Sequence record: OQ870555.1
Length of the DNA: 64,000 nucleotides
From: Escherichia phage PECP14
Strand: one strand, 5' to 3'
Under the pieces are notes generated by a model. It worked only from the letters and a program-made list of their open reading frames with translations, did no database searches and was not told where the DNA came from. Shown here one piece after another: positions 55,498 through 63,874 of this stretch (positions are counted from its first letter, which is position 1; every line of letters starts with the position of its first letter). A program made the translations under genes and the position numbers.

Positions 55498-55794
55498 TTA
55501 TCGGCCTACTGGAGAAGCACGATCTAACTCTGACTGGAGGCTCGTCACACGGCGAACTTTCGCAACAGGAATGAAACGGAAGCTATCGTTAGTACGAGAG
55601 AAAACGAGGATTTCATCTTCTTTCGGCTTACGGATGCGCTCACGTTTAATACGCTCAGCCAGGTATTTATCCTGAGCTGGATCAAATTCCATTGTACCCT
55701 GAAGGTACGTGGTTCCTTTCTGACGAAGTTTTTCGTAATGAAGATAAAACTCACCAAATTTTTCGCATTGAGCAATAATTTCAGCTTTATTCAT
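55498..55794 (-). CDS. hypothetical protein (98 aa)
   Basis: ORF in the early leftward array. Confidence 0.5.
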   Translation of the reverse strand: MNKAEIIAQCEKFGEFYLHYEKLRQKGTTYLQGTMEFDPAQDKYLAERIKRERIRKPKEDEILVFSRTNDSFRFIPVAKVRRVTSLQSELDRASPVGR

Positions 55795-55830
55795 AACTGT
55801 ATTCCTTGTGTTGGTGGATTTATCTAAGAA

Positions 55831-56241
55831 TTACTTAGTGATAGCTCGGATAGCTTCTGCCAGATGAGCAGCTGCTTTACCGGTCAGCTTGTCGATGATT
55901 GCGTCGTCCAGGAAGTCCGGTGCTAAGCCAGCATCAGAGAATGCAGAGCGAAGATCGGAGTGAGCCTGAGCTTTGGAAGTACGAGAACCACCAGAAGCTT
56001 TTTCTCCAGTAGATGCGCTTGATTTAGAAGTAGAGCCAGCAGCTTTCTTGATATACAGACCTGCTTTGGTCAGCTTCATACGGAAACCGTTCGGAGTTAC
56101 ACCATTTTCCTGAGCAATTTCGCTAACAATTTCCATGCTAACGCCCGGACGCTCATCTTCTGGGAATTGCTCCATACGAGCAACGTAGTCGGAAGACATT
56201 TTTTCGAACAGTTCATCAGTCCACTGAGTTGGAGTAGTCAT
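55831..56241 (-). CDS. hypothetical protein (136 aa) carrying one HTH-like repeat related to those in 52147-52914
   Basis: Motif EIVSEIAQENGVTPNGFRMKLTKAGL resembles the repeat unit of the 255-aa protein; possible paralogue. Confidence 0.5.
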   Translation of the reverse strand: MTTPTQWTDELFEKMSSDYVARMEQFPEDERPGVSMEIVSEIAQENGVTPNGFRMKLTKAGLYIKKAAGSTSKSSASTGEKASGGSRTSKAQAHSDLRSAFSDAGLAPDFLDDAIIDKLTGKAAAHLAEAIRAITK

Positions 56242-56299
56242 ATTTTTCGATTTCCTTAATTAAGAATTAAACAGAATAGTTCTTTCAAACTATGAGAAT

Positions 56300-56328
56300 A
56301 TTATATCAAGAATTACAGGATTAAGCAA
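56300..56328 (-). promoter_or_regulatory. Early promoter TTGCTT-N17-TATAAT
   Basis: Minus-strand -35 at 56323-56328 and -10 at 56300-56305. Confidence 0.55.
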
Positions 56329-56348
56329 CTGAAATTTTTCAGTAACTG

Positions 56349-56603
56349 CTACACATCTAGTTCAACGATCTCCCAATCGTTGGCCAGAGCTTCGTCTAGA
56401 GTTAGCTCAGTGGTTTTCCACGATGCATCGTCTAGCGTGAGTTTAGTGCGTCCATCTTTAGACCACCACCATGTAAATTCTACGATGTCATTATTATCAA
56501 CATCTACTTTGATAATAGTAGTAGAATAAGTATTGTTTTCCCAGCTATCTCGCTGGAGATATTTTACATCTCCAGCTTTTAACAGATCAGTTAGTTTACT
56601 CAC
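56349..56603 (-). CDS. hypothetical protein (84 aa)
   Basis: ORF; start overlaps the upstream gene by 8 nt. Confidence 0.45.
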   Translation of the reverse strand: MSKLTDLLKAGDVKYLQRDSWENNTYSTTIIKVDVDNNDIVEFTWWWSKDGRTKLTLDDASWKTTELTLDEALANDWEIVELDV

Positions 56604-57300
56604 GGCGTTTTCCTTTCTCTTTATCGAGTTTCAGGGCAGCTTTAACAGCTTCATTAACCAACGTGATAACTTCTTCACGACTCCACTTAAAGCCTAGAGC
56701 TTTAACGTCAACACCCAGCTTTTCCAGATGTTTAACAGAAGCTAATTCGTAGTGCATATAGTGCACGTTCTGTTGTTTACCTTCTGATAACAACCAAACA
56801 CGATAACAACCAACTGGATTAGTCATTGCTTTCTTGATCTCACCAATACACTGATAGCCAGGAACCCAAACAAGTTCACCAACTTCAAACTCTTCTGCCA
56901 TTGCATCATCAGGAATCAGCGGAGGATTCAATGGATCAACAATATCGTTTAAACGAAGCAGAGCACCATAACGTTCCAGAACAGATTTAATCATCGCTAC
57001 AGAACGATAGTTACGATCAGCAATTTCTTCAAAAGAATCACCAGAAAGATACTGTTCAATTACGTTTGCAAGCTCAACACCCTCAATCAGTGTTCCGCGC
57101 TTCTTCTTTTTCATTTCCGCAACTTGAACCTGACGATCTCTCCATTCTTCGATCATTCGTTCCATAGTTGGGTTAGAAGAAACACCGAGCATTTCACATG
57201 CTGCTTTCTTAGTACCACCATTCTCCAGATGTTCAATAACCTTTTTAAAGGTTTCATCAGGGATTTCATGGATAAGTTTCTTTCTACGAGAACCAGCCAT
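56596..57300 (-). CDS. putative DNA-binding protein with N-terminal helix-turn-helix (234 aa)
   Basis: HTH-like segment KKAACEMLGVSSNPTMERM; first gene after an early promoter. Confidence 0.5.
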   Translation of the reverse strand: MAGSRRKKLIHEIPDETFKKVIEHLENGGTKKAACEMLGVSSNPTMERMIEEWRDRQVQVAEMKKKKRGTLIEGVELANVIEQYLSGDSFEEIADRNYRSVAMIKSVLERYGALLRLNDIVDPLNPPLIPDDAMAEEFEVGELVWVPGYQCIGEIKKAMTNPVGCYRVWLLSEGKQQNVHYMHYELASVKHLEKLGVDVKALGFKWSREEVITLVNEAVKAALKLDKEKGKRRE

Positions 57301-57331
57301 ATTTAAACTCCTCTCTCAAATTTATGAATCT

Positions 57332-57360
57332 ATTATACAGAAAATTTTTCCTGAAAGCAA
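57332..57360 (-). promoter_or_regulatory. Early promoter TTGCTT-N17-TATAAT
   Basis: Minus-strand -35 at 57355-57360 and -10 at 57332-57337; leader with GAGAGGAG ribosome-binding site. Confidence 0.6.
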
Positions 57361-57369
57361 ATAAAATTT

Positions 57370-57603
57370 TTATGATTCTTTGAGCAAAGAAGCAAGTTCA
57401 GCATAGACTTTATCTAACTCAAAGCCAATGCGAAGAGACACACGAGTCTTCCGTTGTTTAAGTAACCATATGGAGACATTAGGGATGCCAGCGAGACGAG
57501 GTGGTACAACCCTACATAGTTTCTCCGCAGTATCGTAAACAGAAGTTTTACGTTCTTTTATGGGAAACTTCCTTGTTTCCCACTTTTTATTCTTCACTGT
57601 CAT
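57370..57603 (-). CDS. hypothetical basic protein (about 77 aa)
   Basis: ORF with GGGAG upstream of an internal ATG; the listed longer form overlaps the upstream gene. Confidence 0.4.
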   Translation of the reverse strand: MTVKNKKWETRKFPIKERKTSVYDTAEKLCRVVPPRLAGIPNVSIWLLKQRKTRVSLRIGFELDKVYAELASLLKES

Positions 57604-60376
57604 TTCTAGCTCCCAATTCAGCAAGAGCTTCCTCATGCATCTGACGTTCTTCATCTGTCATAAACTTAACTGGAATCGGCATACATTCGATCTTACAGTA
57701 AGTTCTGTACCAGTCCACAATCTTTTCCGTATCCAGATCTTTACCGATACCCATCATGCCAAGATACATACGAGCATATTTTGGGTTAGCGCTCTGACCT
57801 GTCTTAAGGAAGAAATCCTTCTTCTTATTCTTAAGAGCTTCGATAAACGGTTTGATTGTTACGTTTGAACACTTTTTAATATCTTCCCAGAACATCTCGT
57901 GCATCTTATGGAAAAATGCAGCTCGATCATTCGGTTTATCCTTGATATACTGTTCAACGTGTTCCACTGTTACATCTTTAATAGAATCCAGATGATAATA
58001 GCGAACCAGAAGTAACTTGGCTTCATAGGCATCTGCATGACGTGGTGCGCAATATTCAGGAGTTGAGTGCAGAATAGCTTTGATTCGCTCTTCTGTATAC
58101 TCTTTGCCTGCACCTTCGATAGTCCCCCAGCTTTCACTGAAGATATCAATAGTTGCACCTTGATCGAGAAGATAATAACGCAAAGTACTGGTATAGTTTC
58201 TAGATTCCAGCTCACGACGGCGTGCGTACAGTTGCTGAGCTAACTCAATCCAACCCTCGTCAATATTATATTGCTCGGAACCCGCAGAGAATCCACTCGT
58301 AGATTTATCAATAAAATAATAAATGTTCTGAGCACCACGGTCGCGCCTGATTGCTTGAAAACGCATGTTTGGCGCTTGGTTTGAGGTTCTAGTGATTACG
58401 AATACGTTATCAAAATAGTTAAAGTCAACACCACTCGTTACAGATGGACTACATAATAAACAATCAATCTGTTGATCAATTAGCTCATTAGTTGTATAAT
58501 CCAGAATACGTCGGATATCTACATCAGACGTAGAGTTTGAGTGAATTTCTTTAACTAACGCACCAGTATTACGACGTAATGCCATTCCCTTCTCATTCAG
58601 TTCATCCGGGCCACAGTCAGATACTAGGATTGATTTCTCCCCCATCTCTAAAGATGTTTGAAGTGCAACCCAAATACTGGATTCATCAGGGAATTCATAA
58701 GCATGAGCTTTCGCCAGCATTTTACGGTGGTGATTATAAAATGCGACTGGTTTATCAAAATCAATCAAAGAACCATAGGCTTCAATCGTTTCTGCACTGA
58801 TATCACCATCGGATAAGATAACAGTTTTAGCAGTAATAAGGATATCACGAAGAACCTGAATACATTCACGACGGTTTTTAACAACCGGAGCGAATAACAG
58901 ATCATTCATTACTGCGTCACATTCATCAATAAAGATCGTATCAATCTGACCCACAAAGCTCTTGAACTTATGGATAGAGTGAATAGTTGAAGACATACGA
59001 TCAATGGCACCACGTTTGAAGTTCAGCATATCAACTGACTTATCATACTGACCAGCACCGAATTTCTTCGCGTTAGAAGATACAAGTGCCCTAGTATTTG
59101 TGATTGCAATAAAGTTTCCTGGAAGAACACCTGCATCTAGCCACTTAGTTACTGCTGTAGTTTTACCCGTACCAAGACTTGCCTTAACAAATGTTAAATG
59201 TCCTTTTGGGGGTACAATGTTAATTTTCAGGTACGGAACTTCTGGTGGAGAATCTGTGTCTAGACGTTTTAATGGTACACCTTTTAAGTTTGGTGGAATC
59301 TCACGTTTGGAGTTATTTACAAAGGCTTTGAGAGCCTGCTTACGACCGTTATTAAAGTAATCTTGAATATTACGACTATTATCTTTAGTCGCAATATACT
59401 CAGATAAAGCTGGTTTAATCTCACGTTCTAACCACGTAAAGTCAACACCATCTTCTAACGCTCTGTGATAAAGTTTTGGGATAATACGCAGGTACACTCC
59501 ATCCTCAGCTTCTTCTAGTTCGCTGATGGTTTCTTCCACTTTATCAGATGCAGCCTTCTTGCCTTTAATTTGATCAAGTAAGGAGTAGAACTCTTCTTTA
59601 AACTCACCTCTAGTTGTTTCAAAGTCAACTAGGTTATTAGGTAGATTCACCTTCGAACCCTTAACATATACAAGACGTGGTTTATTCTCCGCTTTAAACG
59701 GATCGACTATACCATCATCAAATAAGGGATCTGCAAAATAGTGAAGCTGAACAGAAGAATAATAAGCTAAGTCAGCAATATCAAAGCCATACTTTTGCTT
59801 ACTACTGTCATTGATAGATGTAAATAAGAACTTTAACTGTCCCTGCGTTACCTTGACATTAGATTCTAGCATTAAGTGCATTCGGATACCTGGTTTTAAT
59901 CCAGCCGAAGACGATGCATGGGCAATAAACCCTGCATCAAGAGGAAACATATCCTCACTAATACTATTCAACATCTTAATAATATGACGTGCCATGCCAA
60001 CAAGATTAAACTTGTCATAGCCACCAGTATCTACAATACCATCCACGTCCATAGCAATAATATGACTAGGATTGGATACGTTAAAGTTTCCCCTGGTACG
60101 ACGCACATTATCTTTTGGAGCTAAACATTTACCACGAATAGCTACAATATGCGGGTCTTTGGTAAGACGACGCATGATAGGTAACATTTCAGCAAGGTTT
60201 TGCGGGTCAAGTTCTTCAAGTACATCAAATTTGAAGGGCATGGAAGCTGGTTTACCTTCTGGATGCTCTTTAGAGAATCGCTTTGCAAAGGTGTAATCTT
60301 CCACTTTGATCTCTTTCCAGATGCCAGTGGCTTTATCTCTGGAAAATCCTGCGTGACCTTGTAGGATTGAGAACAC
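57587..60376 (-). CDS. putative replication-origin-binding / SF2 helicase-like protein (about 930 aa; start uncertain)
   Basis: Walker A ASLGTGKTTAV and DExD-like IFIDECDAV; GTG at 60376 is preceded by AGGAG, while the listed ATG at 60499 adds a Cys-rich, non-protein-like 41-aa extension. Confidence 0.65.
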   Translation of the reverse strand: MFSILQGHAGFSRDKATGIWKEIKVEDYTFAKRFSKEHPEGKPASMPFKFDVLEELDPQNLAEMLPIMRRLTKDPHIVAIRGKCLAPKDNVRRTRGNFNVSNPSHIIAMDVDGIVDTGGYDKFNLVGMARHIIKMLNSISEDMFPLDAGFIAHASSSAGLKPGIRMHLMLESNVKVTQGQLKFLFTSINDSSKQKYGFDIADLAYYSSVQLHYFADPLFDDGIVDPFKAENKPRLVYVKGSKVNLPNNLVDFETTRGEFKEEFYSLLDQIKGKKAASDKVEETISELEEAEDGVYLRIIPKLYHRALEDGVDFTWLEREIKPALSEYIATKDNSRNIQDYFNNGRKQALKAFVNNSKREIPPNLKGVPLKRLDTDSPPEVPYLKINIVPPKGHLTFVKASLGTGKTTAVTKWLDAGVLPGNFIAITNTRALVSSNAKKFGAGQYDKSVDMLNFKRGAIDRMSSTIHSIHKFKSFVGQIDTIFIDECDAVMNDLLFAPVVKNRRECIQVLRDILITAKTVILSDGDISAETIEAYGSLIDFDKPVAFYNHHRKMLAKAHAYEFPDESSIWVALQTSLEMGEKSILVSDCGPDELNEKGMALRRNTGALVKEIHSNSTSDVDIRRILDYTTNELIDQQIDCLLCSPSVTSGVDFNYFDNVFVITRTSNQAPNMRFQAIRRDRGAQNIYYFIDKSTSGFSAGSEQYNIDEGWIELAQQLYARRRELESRNYTSTLRYYLLDQGATIDIFSESWGTIEGAGKEYTEERIKAILHSTPEYCAPRHADAYEAKLLLVRYYHLDSIKDVTVEHVEQYIKDKPNDRAAFFHKMHEMFWEDIKKCSNVTIKPFIEALKNKKKDFFLKTGQSANPKYARMYLGMMGIGKDLDTEKIVDWYRTYCKIECMPIPVKFMTDEERQMHEEALAELGARNDSEE

Positions 60377-60872
60377 AACAATACTCCTATGTTGGTTATT
60401 CGGATATCTTTCTTTAGGACTATTCAAAAGAATAGAACAACTATTACTACCATTTACACAAACATTAATCATCATCAAGCAGTATGAATAAGTTATCATA
60501 CCTCAGTGCTGCGCTCTCTTAACTCTTATCCAGATCAGAACCTAGGTCATTGGCCGCTAAGCCGATTCTGATTGCCCTCACTATCCTATTGGTAGGTGGC
60601 TACTGGACGTGTCACCATTCGCTGCTCTTTTCGTTCGCACCCCCATATAAAGCTCTGCCTATATAACGAGCTAAATATGCACGGTTTGGATTTACCTTTC
60701 CGAATTCAGGGTACGCAGATCACTTAATTGATAATTAACTAATGCAGTATAAACACTAGTAATAGTTAAAACAACCCTTAATGGGGCAGCCTAACTGTTC
60801 CGTATTGCGGATTGTAAACAAGAAAAATTAGCAAAATCAATTTTTACTAATGTCTCTCAATTCAATATAAAT

Positions 60873-60901
60873 ATTATATCAAGATTTTGAGCATCCTGCA
60901 A
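60873..60901 (-). promoter_or_regulatory. Early promoter TTGCAG-N17-TATAAT
   Basis: Minus-strand -35 at 60896-60901 and -10 at 60873-60878; unusually far (about 500 nt) upstream of the next gene start. Confidence 0.55.
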
Positions 60902-60948
60902 GTAAAATTTTTCCGAAGGTGCTATCAGTGTCTTTGAGCACAGAGAAA

Positions 60949-60969
60949 ACCGAGTCAAAACGACTCGGT
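60949..60969 (-). terminator. Terminator ACCGAGTC-GTTTT-GACTCGGT followed by TTTCTCTG on the minus strand
   Basis: Perfect 8-bp stem plus T-rich tail downstream of gene 60993-61388. Confidence 0.6.
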
Positions 60970-60992
60970 AATCAGGATTGAGCTAATGAAAA

Positions 60993-61388
60993 TCAATCAT
61001 CATTTAGGCCTGGGACATAGATTCCAATGCGATTTAATCGACCTTTAGCTTCTTCGAGAATATCTTCGGTGTACTCCCAAATATCATCTTCTACTTGCAA
61101 AAGATAAGGGGATTCACCAGTTTCGGGGTCACGTGTAATGGCTAAACCACGTGGATGGAATATAGAGAAGTTGAGGGCAACAATCAAGCCCATGCTGGAC
61201 AATTCATTCCAGTCAGCTTCCCAACCATCATCTTCATCTTCGTCCACAAAGACACCTACACTAGGGTCTGTTACAGAAGTAAACGGAAATGTTACACTAA
61301 CCTTGTCAACCCCCAACCAACGTGCAAGGAGCCCCTCAGCACGCTCTACCAAACTAGGATCTATCTGACGCCAAAATACTTGTTCCAT
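60993..61388 (-). CDS. hypothetical protein (131 aa), paralogue of 61398-61826
   Basis: Shares the pattern W..EL..MGL..ALN...F.P...TGE.P...QV...PGL with its neighbour. Confidence 0.5.
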   Translation of the reverse strand: MEQVFWRQIDPSLVERAEGLLARWLGVDKVSVTFPFTSVTDPSVGVFVDEDEDDGWEADWNELSSMGLIVALNFSIFHPRGLAITRDPETGESPYLLQVEDDIWEYTEDILEEAKGRLNRIGIYVPGLNDD

Positions 61389-61397
61389 TCTGCCTCC

Positions 61398-61826
61398 TTA
61401 AGCAGTTAAACCTGGGATCATATACCCGAAACGACGAAGTTTCTGAATCCCCTCATTTACTTCTTCGGGCGAGTATGACCAGCCCTCACGTTCATTTACC
61501 TGGAAAGCAGGAGCTTCACCAGTGCGATAATTTACAATAAGACGGTGATTTGCAGGCATAAACAGCTTATGGTTCAAGGCAAAAACCAGACCCATTTCAT
61601 CAAGTTCTTTCCAGTCTACAATCTCTTCTACTCCCTCGCCTAAATCCACACTAACTCCAATACACGGAGCTTCCTCTAGCGGGCCTTTAAAGGATAAGAA
61701 GATATCGTTATTCTCACACCAAATCTTGAGCAGATTGATGGTTTCATTATACATACCATTAGGGAGAGAGCGCCAGAAGTTGAGAAGCATAGGATTTACC
61801 TCTTTCATGAAAATATTATTGAACAT
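61398..61826 (-). CDS. hypothetical protein (142 aa), paralogue of 60993-61388
   Basis: See 60993-61388; tandem duplication. Confidence 0.5.
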   Translation of the reverse strand: MFNNIFMKEVNPMLLNFWRSLPNGMYNETINLLKIWCENNDIFLSFKGPLEEAPCIGVSVDLGEGVEEIVDWKELDEMGLVFALNHKLFMPANHRLIVNYRTGEAPAFQVNEREGWSYSPEEVNEGIQKLRRFGYMIPGLTA

Positions 61827-61828
61827 GC

Positions 61829-62368
61829 TTATACCTTAAGTTTCTGAAGAGCCTTACACATTTCAAGATCTGGACTAAATTCCAGCATATAGCTGATAGC
61901 ATTTAAATCTTGAAGGTTTATTCCAGTCCTGCCATTTACAATAACAGTAGGAAATTGGTACATCATAGCACCAGCATCATCTAGGACGCACCAATGCTTG
62001 AGCTTATGTTTTTCTACGAAACGTAAGACAGAATTACCCCGAGATAAACCACCTCCAGTAAAATCTGTTGTACCAAGAAAACGATCGATCAAACCGAGTC
62101 CGGTCATAATCTGAACGTTCTCCATTTCATTTCGTACAGAAAACCATGAAGATACCCCAACAATCATTATTGGGGATGGCTTAAGAAAGTTCTGAAAAGC
62201 CTGGAGTAATGGCTTGTAAACCCAATCACCACCAAAGAATAGCTTCTCACTATCTGGAGCATGATGGTGAGAGATGCTCGAATTGAGCACCCCATCAATA
62301 TCCAGGAAAATCACAGGAGTATTACTTATTTCCACCAGTAGCATCCCACGTCCAGACTTTAACTTCAT
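61829..62368 (-). CDS. HAD-superfamily phosphatase-like protein (179 aa)
   Basis: HAD motif I FLDIDGVL and a C-terminal VLDD motif; second HAD-type enzyme in the window besides dmp. Confidence 0.55.
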   Translation of the reverse strand: MKLKSGRGMLLVEISNTPVIFLDIDGVLNSSISHHHAPDSEKLFFGGDWVYKPLLQAFQNFLKPSPIMIVGVSSWFSVRNEMENVQIMTGLGLIDRFLGTTDFTGGGLSRGNSVLRFVEKHKLKHWCVLDDAGAMMYQFPTVIVNGRTGINLQDLNAISYMLEFSPDLEMCKALQKLKV

Positions 62369-62507
62369 CAGTAAAAGGAACTGGAACCTTCAATTCACCT
62401 TTACCCCACATAACAGATAGGAACAGAGAATAAATGGTAATCATACCGATTAGGTTGACAAACCATACTAGACCTTTCCAGATACCCTTAAAAATCTTCT
62501 TCACCAT
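62322..62507 (-). CDS. small membrane protein (about 61 aa)
   Basis: Hydrophobic helix GLVWFVNLIGMITIYSLFLSV; AGGAGGGAG ribosome-binding site before the internal ATG. Confidence 0.4.
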   Translation of the reverse strand: MVKKIFKGIWKGLVWFVNLIGMITIYSLFLSVMWGKGELKVPVPFTDEVKVWTWDATGGNK

Positions 62508-62670
62508 ATTCTCCCTCCTTAATAAGGAACTCTTTCCATTCTGCTGTATCCTCATAGATAACGCAGAAATCATCACTCTTCCATGAGAAGTCATCAGTAG
62601 CAAATTCGAAACGGTAGCACCAACTACCGTCTGGCCATACTAAAAGATCACACATGCTTTTCTGGGACAT
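62488..62670 (-). CDS. hypothetical small acidic protein (about 60 aa)
   Basis: GGAGGGA upstream of the internal ATG; the longer listed form overlaps the Sir2-like gene. Confidence 0.35.
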   Translation of the reverse strand: MSQKSMCDLLVWPDGSWCYRFEFATDDFSWKSDDFCVIYEDTAEWKEFLIKEGEYGEEDF

Positions 62671-63499
62671 AAATATTTCCCTCCATAAAAGCTTCAACTT
62701 GATCAATAAAGTGTTTATTACCAAAAACTTCGGCAGCTCCAGCACGCCATACAGTAACACCACGTTTCTCATACTCAAGCTGTTCGTCATAACGAACTTG
62801 TGGGTTAACAACCATCATCTTAGTTCCACGACATACAGCAGGAAATAGCTCCCAGTTGAAGTCGATTACTTGGTTGCTACAACCTACTACAATAACCATA
62901 TCATTGCTAGTAAGTGTATCAAACAGGTTAATCTGACCCATATACCACGGAGCCGTCTCACCAAAGAATGTTACGTTTGGTTTTACCCATTCGTAATCCT
63001 CAGGGGCAATCGCAGTATACCCAACATCTTCGATGATTTGGTTGCGACCCTGACGATAGATCACCTCTTTCAAGTACCCGTGAGCGTGAATGATTTCATC
63101 ACGAGGGATACCAGCACGTTCCAGAAGGTCATCAACGTTAGTAGTGAAGTTCTTCACGCTATCCTCACCATAACGCTGGAACCATTCTGCAATTCGCAGA
63201 TGGGCAATGTTAGGCTCAACAGTCTGTAATTCCTGACGACGCATGTTGTAGAACTCATGAGTCTTGAGATACAGATCGTTACCATCTTTATCAATGCCAG
63301 GGAAACGAGCACTGAAGTAGTTAGGATCATCTTCACCACAGAAGCGACGGAAGCCAGCTTCAAAGTTAGGCAAGCTACATACTTCCTCTAGATCGTACTC
63401 ATCCCACAAGGATTTCCCACTAGCAGTATCAGTACGGAAAGCACGAACACCACTATCTACACTCAAACCTGCACCACTAACAACGATTAGTCTACGCAT
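62648..63499 (-). CDS. Sir2-family (sirtuin-like) NAD-dependent protein, no zinc-ribbon module (283 aa)
   Basis: Sirtuin signature motifs in order: GAGLSVDSGVRAFR, TTNVDDLLERAG, HAHG, PNVTFFGE, VVVGCSNQV; no CxxC zinc-binding pairs. Confidence 0.7.
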   Translation of the reverse strand: MRRLIVVSGAGLSVDSGVRAFRTDTASGKSLWDEYDLEEVCSLPNFEAGFRRFCGEDDPNYFSARFPGIDKDGNDLYLKTHEFYNMRRQELQTVEPNIAHLRIAEWFQRYGEDSVKNFTTNVDDLLERAGIPRDEIIHAHGYLKEVIYRQGRNQIIEDVGYTAIAPEDYEWVKPNVTFFGETAPWYMGQINLFDTLTSNDMVIVVGCSNQVIDFNWELFPAVCRGTKMMVVNPQVRYDEQLEYEKRGVTVWRAGAAEVFGNKHFIDQVEAFMEGNIYVPEKHV

Positions 63500-63693
63500 T
63501 ATACGATTCCTTGCTTGAATCCTTCGATGATATTTTGGAGCAGAATTGCTTCTTCTGGGCGAACCTTCTCTTGCTTAATAAGCATATCCAAACCAGCAAT
63601 ACAGGTAGCTACTCCAGCATTATACCCAGCATTCCACTGCTCCATGAGCATATTTTCTAAATTACTTTTTAGATTCTGATTCAAGAAGTCCAT
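63499..63693 (-). CDS. hypothetical small protein (about 64 aa)
   Basis: GGAGGAAAAA upstream of the internal ATG; immediately upstream of the Sir2-like gene. Confidence 0.4.
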   Translation of the reverse strand: MDFLNQNLKSNLENMLMEQWNAGYNAGVATCIAGLDMLIKQEKVRPEEAILLQNIIEGFKQGIV

Positions 63694-63865
63694 AAAGTTT
63701 TTCCTCCAATTCCATAATACGATTTTCGTAAGAAGCACGCAGCTTCTCGATGGACAAAGCACGAACTGTAACTTCATCTGAATTGATCGCTAGCTGAGCT
63801 AGATCTTCTGTTTCCATACGTCCGTTGTAAATTAAGCGATATTTAAGATGTTTTACGTTTTTCAT
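63662..63865 (-). CDS. hypothetical protein (67 aa)
   Basis: ORF with coiled-coil-like C-terminus; part of the overlapping small-gene chain. Confidence 0.4.
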   Translation of the reverse strand: MKNVKHLKYRLIYNGRMETEDLAQLAINSDEVTVRALSIEKLRASYENRIMELEEKLYGLLESESKK

Positions 63866-63874
63866 TCTTGTTCC

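Noticed and set aside
60500-60990. Possible tRNA genes in the long intergenic region (T5-type phages carry tRNA clusters)
   Set aside because: No convincing cloverleaf was found by eye: no T-arm GGTTCGAATCC-like sequence flanked by complementary stems. A covariance-model scan would be needed to exclude one firmly.
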